Assembly (NCBI GenBank): GCA_049661165.1
Contig: JBASZU010000087.1
Coordinates: 1-37,697, forward strand
DNA from: Candidatus Saccharimonadales bacterium
GTDB taxonomy: Bacteria > Patescibacteriota > Saccharimonadia > Saccharimonadales > UBA4665
Direction: 5' to 3'
Length of the DNA: 37,697 nucleotides
Positions 16,530 through 24,335 of the stretch are shown here, one piece after another. The first letter of the stretch is position 1, and every line of letters begins with the position of its first letter. A program made the translations under genes and the position numbers. The notes under the pieces are model-generated. The model ran no database searches. It was not told the origin of the DNA and saw only the letters and a list, made by a program, of their open reading frames with translations.

Positions 16530-18692
16530 TAGCTGGTGGACGGCGGTTGGGTTTGGGAGGCGATAGTTGGCGAGGGTGCGGCCGCGGCCGACTTTAATAG
16601 TGTAGGAGGTAGGCGGTAACGCTGCAAACATGTCTTCGTCGGTGGTGTCATCGCCGATAGCCATAACGAAATCATATTCTGACCCTATAAGCCATTCTTG
16701 CACAGCATGACCTTTGCTAATATCTAGCGGGTGAACTTCTAGCACCATTTTACCGTCTTTTATGCGTAACCCATGGTTCTGTGCGAGTGGTCTGAGAAGT
16801 TGCTTTAGTGCGATGAGATTTTTTTGTGCCGAAAATGGCGTTGCATTCCGGTAGTGCCAAGCAATGCTATAAGTTTTTTGCTCTGTCATTGAGCCAGGCG
16901 TTTTTTGAGTGTATTGATCAAATAGTTTTTCTACCTCGTCTTTCCATAACAAAGATGACTGGGTCGTCGGCCTCCAACTTTTATGGTCATGGAACCTAAT
17001 CCATCCGCCATGTTCCGCTACCAGGGTGATTGGGAGATGACCCAGCCATGCGTGGAGGTTATTTTTTTCGCGCCCACTAATGACGACGACATGATTTTTT
17101 GGGTTTTTTGCGAGCTTTCGGAGCAGTGCAATAGTTTCACTAGATGGCTTCGCCTGCTCTGGTCTCTGTACTATAGGTTGAAGTGTGCCATCATAATCAA
17201 AAAGGAATAACCTTTTATGGGCGTATTTATGTTGTGCTTTGAGATGACGCTGTAACGACTCGCTCAATGTACGGGTTATGCGAATGGTTGGCACTGGGAT
17301 TGGATGCTCGAGTAAGTCAATAAAGCTAGTTGCCCACTTGTCTATGGTATTTCGGCGCAGTATACGTTGCATTTTGCGGGTACGACGCAGAAAGCCACTC
17401 GGGGTCATGTTGAGCGCGTCGGTTAGGCCGGTGACAAGGCTGCGTAATTTGTAGGGGTTAACCAGTACAGCATCTTTCAGTTCTTCGGCAGCACCAGCGG
17501 TTTCGCTGAGAATGAGTATGCCATCGCTTTTCGGGTGACTTGCCAAATATTCCTTGGCGACGAGGTTCATGCCATCGCGTATAGGGGCAATGAAGGCAAC
17601 ATCGGCGCGTTGATAGAGGGCAGCATACTGTGCAAATGGCAGCGGTGAAAAAATAGTTTCTACCGGTTGCCAACGGCGCGTACCGAACTGGGAGTTAATT
17701 TGCTCAACCAGTTTTTCGACATCCACCCGGAGCTTCTGGTAGGCGGCTACTTCTGTGCGTGATGGCATGGCTTGCATGACCATAACTACTTTACCGCGAA
17801 GTTTCGGATTTTCTGCAAGCAGCATGCGGTAGGCTTTTAGCCTGCCTAGGAGGCCTTTTGATGGGTCGAGTCGGTCTATGGTAAGAATGACTTTTTTGCC
17901 TAGGTATTTCCAGAGTAACTTTTTGTGTTCAATCGTGACTTCGAGCGAACGGCTAGCATCGGCAAACTTACGGTAATCGATGCCAATGGGAAGGTCAGTC
18001 ACGCGTACGACTCGCTCCGGGAGTACTACTTTTTTGGGTGCTACTAACCCAATCTGAAGTTCACGACTGCATGCCAGAAAGTTTTCTACATAGGCAGATG
18101 TATGCATGCCGATGAGGTCTGCGCCCAAAAGTCCTTTTGTCAGCTCGGCTGCGTGCTTCGACTCAAGAAATATATTGCTCGAAGGGAAGGGGATGTGAAG
18201 GAAAAAGCCGATGTGACTTTTGGGGCGGGCAATACGGAGCATTTCTGGTAGTAGCATAAGCTGGTAGTCGTGCAGCCAGAGCCGGTCAGTTTCGCGACTA
18301 AGTGATAATGTGGTCTCGGCATATAGTTTATTTACCGCTTTATATGAGCGCCAGTTTGAGGGCGTATCACCCGCGTCGACTTTCATGTGATGAAAAAGCG
18401 GCCAGAGCACGCTGTTGCTGTAGCCGTTATAGAAACCATCTAGTTGTTTTTGGGTAAGGAAAACAGGGTAGCAATGGTGTTTGCGAAGCTCGACCGTAAT
18501 ATGTTTTCGTTCGCTGTCGGTGAGGTCATCGCTAGCTATACCGGGCCAGCCTATCCAGCGATTGGCGCCAGTTGTGGCGTATGAAGACAAACCAGTCGCT
18601 AGCCCTCCGGCCGAAGGGGAGAATTCTAGCTTGCCGTCCACCTTTTTCACGCTCACTGGCAGCCGATTGGAAACTATGACAACTCTCGGCAT
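16515..18692 (-). CDS. otsA: Bifunctional trehalose-6-phosphate synthase / trehalose-6-phosphate phosphatase (OtsA-OtsB fusion)
   Basis: 725 aa. The N-terminal GT20 pattern is VIVSNRLPV...GGLATGL...W.GWPG...LHDYQLMLLP...DGMNLVAKEY. The C-terminal HAD phosphatase carries LFLFDYDGTL and GDDTTDEDMF. Confidence 0.9.
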   Translation of the reverse strand: MPRVVIVSNRLPVSVKKVDGKLEFSPSAGGLATGLSSYATTGANRWIGWPGIASDDLTDSERKHITVELRKHHCYPVFLTQKQLDGFYNGYSNSVLWPLFHHMKVDAGDTPSNWRSYKAVNKLYAETTLSLSRETDRLWLHDYQLMLLPEMLRIARPKSHIGFFLHIPFPSSNIFLESKHAAELTKGLLGADLIGMHTSAYVENFLACSRELQIGLVAPKKVVLPERVVRVTDLPIGIDYRKFADASRSLEVTIEHKKLLWKYLGKKVILTIDRLDPSKGLLGRLKAYRMLLAENPKLRGKVVMVMQAMPSRTEVAAYQKLRVDVEKLVEQINSQFGTRRWQPVETIFSPLPFAQYAALYQRADVAFIAPIRDGMNLVAKEYLASHPKSDGILILSETAGAAEELKDAVLVNPYKLRSLVTGLTDALNMTPSGFLRRTRKMQRILRRNTIDKWATSFIDLLEHPIPVPTIRITRTLSESLQRHLKAQHKYAHKRLFLFDYDGTLQPIVQRPEQAKPSSETIALLRKLAKNPKNHVVVISGREKNNLHAWLGHLPITLVAEHGGWIRFHDHKSWRPTTQSSLLWKDEVEKLFDQYTQKTPGSMTEQKTYSIAWHYRNATPFSAQKNLIALKQLLRPLAQNHGLRIKDGKMVLEVHPLDISKGHAVQEWLIGSEYDFVMAIGDDTTDEDMFAALPPTSYTIKVGRGRTLANYRLPNPTAVHQLLRKL

Positions 18693-18767
18693 ATACCCCC
18701 ATTATCTCACACAATCTTGCGATACGCTGTAAAGTGCTCCACACCTCAACATACAAAACAACAAACC

Positions 18768-18796
18768 TTGACAAATCACAAGCATTTTGCTATAAT
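18768..18796 (+). promoter_or_regulatory. Consensus promoter for the gene at 18803
   Basis: TTGACA (18768-18773), 17-nt spacer, then TGcTATAAT (18788-18796). ATG 18803 begins 6 nt after the -10, so the mRNA would be leaderless. Confidence 0.6.
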
Positions 18797-18802
18797 GTAC
18801 TT

Positions 18803-19408
18803 ATGAGTAAAACATTTGAATATCCTTTGCCTGAAACGGCAGCAATAGAAACGCATCCAACGGCTTTGGACCTGATTGTTCCATCAGAGGGTTCTCCTAT
18901 ATTAGCGGCTACAAAACCCGGACAGGTGCTTAATCCTGATGGTGAATGGTTTACGGCTGTTGACCATTCGTCTTCTCGCTATGAAGTCGGTCCTATATTG
19001 CTCGTTACGGGTGTAGGAGATGATAGGGCAGAATATGTCGTTGATCATGCAAGAGGAATCGTTTTTTCGCACTTGGGTACACCTAAGGCTGCAATGAGAA
19101 AACTCGCAGCAGACGGCATACCTAGCTCGTTTACGATAGGCAAACAGGTTGTATTCAAAAAAGCCGATGGTGCTCCGGCAACTATCGGAAAACCGCTAAC
19201 AGAAGCGTATATGAAACAACCCAAAGGAACTGGTTTTACTGAGGTAGATGTCACTCGTGGAATACTGGGTGTAGCATGGGCACATACGGACCGACCTACT
19301 ACCTCTGCGGGTACGGCTCCTAAAGTAGGCGCTCGAGTAAATGACCAGAGTCCACTTGAATATAGGATTCCTAACCAGATAAATGAATTCCTAAGAACTC
19401 ATAAATAA
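18803..19408 (+). CDS. Hypothetical protein
   Basis: 201 aa from Met24 of the track ORF. The start was chosen because the upstream 69 nt contain the promoter. Composition is balanced and no motif was recognised. Confidence 0.6.
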   Translation: MSKTFEYPLPETAAIETHPTALDLIVPSEGSPILAATKPGQVLNPDGEWFTAVDHSSSRYEVGPILLVTGVGDDRAEYVVDHARGIVFSHLGTPKAAMRKLAADGIPSSFTIGKQVVFKKADGAPATIGKPLTEAYMKQPKGTGFTEVDVTRGILGVAWAHTDRPTTSAGTAPKVGARVNDQSPLEYRIPNQINEFLRTHK

Positions 19409-19648
19409 CTTTTCAAATTAGAGTTAAGCTGCTTAGTTAGCCATACATGTTATTGAGGTATCAAATTCGGTTGTCTCCCTAAATCTCGAGCACAACTTCC
19501 GCCCAGTCAGCGATAGTCAGTGGGCTTAACGCTAAATATCCTTTATGGTTGCCATTGAACTGTCCGTATCGATAAGGTGCCCCTAGTTTAAGAGTTTAAT
19601 CCATCCTCCGCAATTCCCCGAGCGTTAGCTCGTGGTAGTTCATTGTTC

Positions 19649-19676
19649 TTGACATGAAAACTACAAAGTATATACT
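19649..19676 (+). promoter_or_regulatory. Promoter of the second RelB/RelE operon
   Basis: TTGACA (19649-19654), 16-nt spacer, then TATACT (19671-19676). ATG 19684 is 7 nt downstream. The track's ATG 19654 overlaps the -35. Confidence 0.5.
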
Positions 19677-19683
19677 TGGTAGT

Positions 19684-19974
19684 ATGAGTACTACAAAAGC
19701 ATCAGATACAACGGTTATGAGCGTGAAGGTGAAGAAAGACCTTAAGGCGAAAGCGCAGGCGGTGGCCGGGCAGTATGGCATACCGCTGGGGACGCTGCTG
19801 AATGCGTATATGCATCAGCTGGTTTTGACCGGGCAAGTGTATTTTCCAGCGGTCGAGGTGGCCACGCCGCAGATGGAAAAGATAATTGCCGAGATTGAGG
19901 CTGAGCGCAGAGACGATAAGACCATCGGTCCGTTCGAGACGGTCGAGGAATTTATAGCCGACCTAGAGAAATGA
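19684..19974 (+). CDS. RelB/DinJ-family antitoxin
   Basis: MSVKVKKDLKAKAQAVAGQYGIPLGTLLNAYMHQLVLTGQV is the DinJ/RelB ribbon-helix-helix pattern. ATGA overlap with the toxin gene. Confidence 0.75.
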   Translation: MSTTKASDTTVMSVKVKKDLKAKAQAVAGQYGIPLGTLLNAYMHQLVLTGQVYFPAVEVATPQMEKIIAEIEAERRDDKTIGPFETVEEFIADLEK

Positions 19975-20237
19975 CGGTGCGTATCGAGTATCACCCTCGG
20001 TTCAAAAAGCAGTACAAGAAGCTTCCGTCTTCTGTGCAAGCACGCTTTCAGCAGAGAATAAAACTTCTGATTATTGAGCCAGATAACCCTACGTTGCGGG
20101 TGCATGCCCTGAAGGCTGAGTACAAGGGCTACTTAAGCATGAATGTAACCGGAGACATTCGCGCATTGTTCTACTACGAAGGCACAAATGTAGTAGTTTT
20201 TGGCTTTATAGGGACACGCAGCCAGTTGTATGGGTAA
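19971..20237 (+). CDS. RelE/StbE-family mRNA interferase toxin
   Basis: 88 aa. FKKQYKKL..., ...GYLSMNVTGDIRALFYYEG..VVFGFIGTRSQLYG. Confidence 0.8.
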   Translation: MTVRIEYHPRFKKQYKKLPSSVQARFQQRIKLLIIEPDNPTLRVHALKAEYKGYLSMNVTGDIRALFYYEGTNVVVFGFIGTRSQLYG

Positions 20238-20246
20238 AATAGAACT

Positions 20247-21167
20247 GTGATAACCACACTAACTGGTGAGAATGAGGTGCTGCGGGCGGCAGAGTTGCGC
20301 CGGGCTGTTGCTGCGTTCGAGAATGAACATGGCGATATGGCGGTGGAGCGGCTGGACGGGGAAGAGGCAAGCTACGAGCGCATGGTGGAGGCGGTACAGA
20401 GTTTGCCGCTTTTGGTGGCGCGCAAGCTCGTGGTACTGCGCGCGCCGGGCGCGAACAAGGAATTTACTGAAAAGTTCGCAACGTTTGTGGAAGCCGTTTC
20501 AGATACAAACGATGTCATAATCGTAGAGCCAAAGCTAGACAAGCGGCTGACCTACTACAAACAGCTAAAAAAACTGACAGAGTTCAAAGAGTTTGCCGTG
20601 CTGGATGCGGGTGGATTGGCGCGATTTGCAGTTGATTACACAAAAGAGCGGGGTGGCAGTATTTCGAGTGGTGCTGCGCGTATGCTTGTTGAGCGCGTGG
20701 GTACAAACCAGCTTGGCTTGCAGCAGGAGCTCGATAAGTTACTCGTTTTTGACCCGAAAATTACCGAGCATTCTATAGAAAACCTAACTGAAAAAACACC
20801 TCAAAGTACTATTTTTGAGCTGCTCGACGCAGCATTTGCTGGTGACGCTAAACGTACCATGCGTCTTTATGACGAGCAACGGGCGCTGAAGGTTGAGTCG
20901 CAGCAGGTTATTGCCATGCTGGCTTGGCAGCTGCATGTGCTGGCTATCGTGAAAACCGCGAAACAGCGCAGCGTTGACGACATCGCCCGCGAAGCCAAAC
21001 TAAACCCCTTCGTGGTGCGAAAAACGCAAGGGCTTGCCCGAAACATTTCGCTCGCGCACCTGAAAGAACTTATTACCTCACTTCGTGAATTTGACGTCCG
21101 CACCAAAACCGAAGGCATCATTGCCGACGAGGCCGTGCGGTACTATCTCCTATCCCTCGCAAAATAA
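20247..21167 (+). CDS. holA: DNA polymerase III delta subunit
   Basis: 306 aa with a GTG start. It has the N-terminal L.GE...L pattern with ...LPLLVARKLVVLR.... Length, C-terminal helical domain and position are typical of HolA. Confidence 0.7.
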   Translation: MITTLTGENEVLRAAELRRAVAAFENEHGDMAVERLDGEEASYERMVEAVQSLPLLVARKLVVLRAPGANKEFTEKFATFVEAVSDTNDVIIVEPKLDKRLTYYKQLKKLTEFKEFAVLDAGGLARFAVDYTKERGGSISSGAARMLVERVGTNQLGLQQELDKLLVFDPKITEHSIENLTEKTPQSTIFELLDAAFAGDAKRTMRLYDEQRALKVESQQVIAMLAWQLHVLAIVKTAKQRSVDDIAREAKLNPFVVRKTQGLARNISLAHLKELITSLREFDVRTKTEGIIADEAVRYYLLSLAK

Positions 21168-21253
21168 TCTCATTTTTCATACGGCCGGATAAACAATGAG
21201 AATGTCAACTGCGGTGGCGTGCAACACTGCACGAAGCGGATATTAGGGAAGCA

Positions 21254-21454
21254 TCAGTCGTCAAAAGGGCCAAGCATTTGGTCTTGTTTTAAGATACGGG
21301 TAGGCGATCGAACTAGTCTATCGGGGCGCAATAAAGCCGCTGAACTACTCCATTTAATCAAGGCTGGGCAGCGCGGGGTTTGATGGGATAGCGTATAAGG
21401 CCGTTCCTTTCCGTTAATTGCGGCAGTTAAGAGCCTTTTGTACATGCCTTGCAT
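21254..21454 (-). CDS. Small basic hypothetical protein (tentative)
   Basis: 66 aa. AAGGAG lies 8 nt upstream of the ATG on the minus strand. No family recognised. It sits in an otherwise unassigned 360-nt gap. Confidence 0.3.
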   Translation of the reverse strand: MQGMYKRLLTAAINGKERPYTLSHQTPRCPALIKWSSSAALLRPDRLVRSPTRILKQDQMLGPFDD

Positions 21455-21506
21455 GGCTTGCTCTCCTTGTTTGGGTGTTGCAAAGCTGGTAAACCATTAC
21501 ACGTAA

Positions 21507-21536
21507 TTGACTAAACATATTATTTTGTGTTATTAT
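21507..21536 (+). promoter_or_regulatory. Promoter for the gene at 21548
   Basis: TTGACT (21507-21512), 18-nt spacer, then TGtTATTAT (21528-21536). ATG 21548 is 11 nt downstream; ATG 21560, with GAGAGG upstream, is an alternative start. Confidence 0.4.
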
Positions 21537-21547
21537 ATACACAGTTT

Positions 21548-22708
21548 ATGAGAGGAATTATGGACAGCCCTGAAAGTACCCCTACGCAACCACGGTACCC
21601 TATTCCTGAAGGAACTATTGACACGCTGGGGCATGTTATTTGCGTCGGCGCACTACATGAAGGTAATGCTGGATTCAATAGGCAGATTGATGTTCTTAGT
21701 ACGCTGAAACAAGGTGACCGAGCGCAGGTTTATCAAATGTGGATCATAGATGTCTTTTCGTCCAACTCCGTAGCTTTTGATGCAATTATTCGGTATGGAC
21801 TTGCAGGCGAAAATGCTCCCGATAAAGAAAAATGGACACAGCTGCTAGAGCATATTGCTGGAGTTACTGCCATAACCATTCATCTCGAAAGGCTACTCGA
21901 AAGACACGGTGCTGCAAAGGTCGACGAAGAAACTTTGACAACCGCTGCGCTTTTCAACAATATCGACAAGCCAGAAGCTGTTGCGGCCGCCATTGCTAAG
22001 GGAAGTGGAAGTGTCAGAGTTGACACCCATCCAGAACTTACACCCTCATTAGTACATGATTTAGGGAAGCCGGCCGAGCTAGCGGCGGGCAGTGGAGGGC
22101 TAGAAAATAGCCGGAATAATCCCGTGCTGCGCGAAGGTAGGCTATGGAATGAATTATCCGATTACGGCGTATCCAAACACATTATTTTAGCGGCACAGAA
22201 CACGGGTAGAGGCGATAGGTTCTTCGGTGAGCTTCTCGACTATGACGATCAAACGCGACCAAAGGCTATGGAAGATCGTGGTGCGCTTGCCACTTTAATT
22301 GGTAAAGAACGCGAAGACATTGACCGTATGACTCCTATGCAGCGACGGCGTACAAGCATTGAAGCCAAGGGGCGGATGGCTGCTATTGTCGGGATAGCCG
22401 ATGCGCTCGCTGCGCAGTTCCGATTCAAGGGAATGAGAGAGAAAGACATCGATGATATGGCAAGCTACTACCTTACCTATAAAACGGATCCAGAATCGGT
22501 TAAGTTCTTTGGTAATGACTGGCCTGAATATTATAAGGAGGTTCGTCGCTATCTAATCGAGCAAGTACCTGTACAGAACCGACCGGCTATTGAAGCAGAG
22601 CTAGACGCACTAACACATGAAAGAATATTCAACGAGACCGTCCTACCAAGCACATTGGGTCTCAACAACAGTAAGGCATACGATAAGTTAGTATATCCGC
22701 TGCAATAG
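21548..22708 (+). CDS. Hypothetical protein with HD-domain-like motifs
   Basis: 386 aa. TAALFNNIDKP aligns by eye with the HD-domain core AALLHDIGK but has NN in place of HD. A separate LVHDLGKP lies about 45 aa later. The assignment is weak. Confidence 0.5.
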   Translation: MRGIMDSPESTPTQPRYPIPEGTIDTLGHVICVGALHEGNAGFNRQIDVLSTLKQGDRAQVYQMWIIDVFSSNSVAFDAIIRYGLAGENAPDKEKWTQLLEHIAGVTAITIHLERLLERHGAAKVDEETLTTAALFNNIDKPEAVAAAIAKGSGSVRVDTHPELTPSLVHDLGKPAELAAGSGGLENSRNNPVLREGRLWNELSDYGVSKHIILAAQNTGRGDRFFGELLDYDDQTRPKAMEDRGALATLIGKEREDIDRMTPMQRRRTSIEAKGRMAAIVGIADALAAQFRFKGMREKDIDDMASYYLTYKTDPESVKFFGNDWPEYYKEVRRYLIEQVPVQNRPAIEAELDALTHERIFNETVLPSTLGLNNSKAYDKLVYPLQ

Positions 22709-23023
22709 CAGCATAAACCTTGGTATGATGCCGTAGTACGCGGGTTTGTTACCACTCTCACTGTACCGACCCGAACGGCACTGCGCCATCACTCACGGTG
22801 TATGCTTGGTTGGGTACTACTGATGACGGGGGTGATATAAACCGTACATTTCCAAGAGCCCCACGTAGATGGTTCTCTGGTGGCGGCTCATTTACTAGGA
22901 TTGCTCGGCTGTGTCTTTGCCGTATAGATTGTATAAACTTTACTCACATACATACTATGCTTGATATGCTTGGACGGCATAGTCTAGTCGGTCAGTCACA
23001 CAGGGATCGCTACTACGCTACTA

Positions 23024-23052
23024 TTGCGTAAAATGCAACGATATGCTATAAT
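23024..23052 (+). promoter_or_regulatory. Promoter inside the decayed region
   Basis: TTGCGT (23024-23029), 17-nt spacer, then TGcTATAAT (23044-23052). Confidence 0.45.
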
Positions 23053-23073
23053 GAAGTAATAGTTTTTGTTTAT

Positions 23074-23169
23074 ATGCAAGAAGTACAAAAAAAGAAAAGG
23101 AACACAATGTCATTTGAGCAGGATTCGCAAAAAGCTGGTAATCAAACACTAAAGACCGGAACAATTTAA
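23074..23169 (+). CDS. Candidate 31-aa peptide ORF (speculative)
   Basis: ATG 23074 is the first substantial ORF after the promoter. It encodes MQEVQKKKRNTMSFEQDSQKAGNQTLKTGTI. There is no SD and no recognised family. Confidence 0.15.
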   Translation: MQEVQKKKRNTMSFEQDSQKAGNQTLKTGTI

Positions 23170-23682
23170 GCTAGCTCGCGAAGGATTAGTATATGAGGTT
23201 AATGATTGGCTTGTGCGGGTTGCTGCCGCACGGGATGCAGGTCTTCCTCTCGCCGTGCAAACAAATACACCCCTTGGTAAAGTTTATCTACCGTTTCAGA
23301 AACGCCACGTAGGGAACAGACCCAATTAGGGAATTCTGGCCTATTTGCGCCAATAGGCGAAAACACGACACCGGGATTATTTCTTGGTGGAGACGGCAAG
23401 GAAAAACCATATACATTAGAGGCATTTTTTGAGGATGAGAGCGGCAATAAGCGATTCGCACGGGTCATTGGCGCTGATCCGGTAGCTCTATTGATCTGCG
23501 GGGGTAAATATGACCCCACGCAAGGGGATATAGGGGCGAGCGTGCTTGATGAATCGCTAGTAGGTTGCCCTACCGTAACCAACAAGTATATGGTCACTGG
23601 AAATGGCTCGTTGCAAACCGAAGTATGTGGGTTAGATGGTGCCACCAAGAGACAATTAGAGGGTACAGAGGCAGATGCATAA
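23153..23682 (+). pseudogene. Frameshifted ORF remnant (unknown family)
   Basis: One frame is open over 23153-23326 (...LAREGLVYEVNDWLVRVAAARDAGLPLAVQTNTPLGKVYLPFQKRHVGNRPN*). The -1 frame is open over 23281-23682 (...LFAPIGENTTPGLFLGGDGKEKPYTLEAFFEDESGNKRFARVIGADPVALLICGGKYDP...). Both parts look protein-like. There is no ATG at the 5' end; only GTG 23213 is available. Confidence 0.35.
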
Positions 23683-23775
23683 ACAGGAATAGAGCTGTTC
23701 AACGAACTGGTCGCTAATTGGCTTGTGCCAGTACAAGCAGATCCTGAAGTAGTAAGATAAATTATTTCTGTTTGG

Positions 23776-24159
23776 CTATTTCTTTTTAGTCGCTGAAGCT
23801 TTTTTGGCTGCCGGCTTCTTTACGGCAGCTTTTTTCACCGGGGATGCTTTTTTAACAGGGGCGGCTTTTACTTTGTCGCTCTTAGTACCGCTTGGTACGC
23901 CAGCAGTGCGGGCGTTACGAGCGGCCTGAGCCTTTTTGCGGGCGACTTTGTTTTTGTGCAAGATGCCTTTTTTGGCTGCGCGGTCTAGCTCGCTCTGGAC
24001 TTTGTCGAGCGCCTTAACTGCCTTCTTTTTGTCAGTTGCACCGAGAGCCGAACCAAAAGCTTTCACAGCGGCTTTCAGGCTGCGCTTAGTCTTGCTATTG
24101 CGGATTGTAGCTTTGGTGGCTACTTTTACGCGTTTCTTGGCTGATTTGATAATGGGCAT
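23776..24159 (-). CDS. rpsT: 30S ribosomal protein S20 with Lys/Ala/Pro-rich C-terminal extension
   Basis: MPIIKSAKKRVKVATKATIRNSKTKRSLKAAVK...ILHKNKVARKKAQAAR is canonical S20. About 40 extra residues, ...KAAPVKKASPVKKAAVKKPAAKKASATKKK, follow. Confidence 0.9.
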   Translation of the reverse strand: MPIIKSAKKRVKVATKATIRNSKTKRSLKAAVKAFGSALGATDKKKAVKALDKVQSELDRAAKKGILHKNKVARKKAQAARNARTAGVPSGTKSDKVKAAPVKKASPVKKAAVKKPAAKKASATKKK

Positions 24160-24335
24160 AGAGTTCCTTCTTACCTAGAGTTAGTATTTGCTCGGAGTCA
24201 ACTATACCCCATACCATCTCTGTTGTAAAGGAGTAGAGGCGTGCTTTCGTCAAAAAAGTGGTAAAAACACTCGACAGGCCTATACGCTTATGGTACCATT
24301 TATGCGGACATTTTATATCCAAATAAAAACTATTT

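Noticed and set aside
19479-19643. Small minus-strand ORF (MNYHELTLGELRRMD-stop-TLKLGAPYRYGQFNGNHKGYLALSPLTIADWAEVVLEI) interrupted by TAA at 19596-19598. It is part of the track ORF 19596-19781.
   Set aside because: It is only about 55 codons even if read through, matches no recognised family, and the upstream part of the track ORF overlaps the antitoxin gene. It may be a gene remnant, but the evidence is too thin.
22798-23031. 77-aa plus-strand ORF with a GTG start.
   Set aside because: It is Cys/His/Arg-rich with odd composition and has no promoter or SD. I kept it only as part of the unexplained-region finding.
23199-23702. 167-aa minus-strand ORF in the decayed region.
   Set aside because: It is Ser/Pro/Asn-rich, has no SD and no promoter, and is antisense to two protein-like plus-strand frames.
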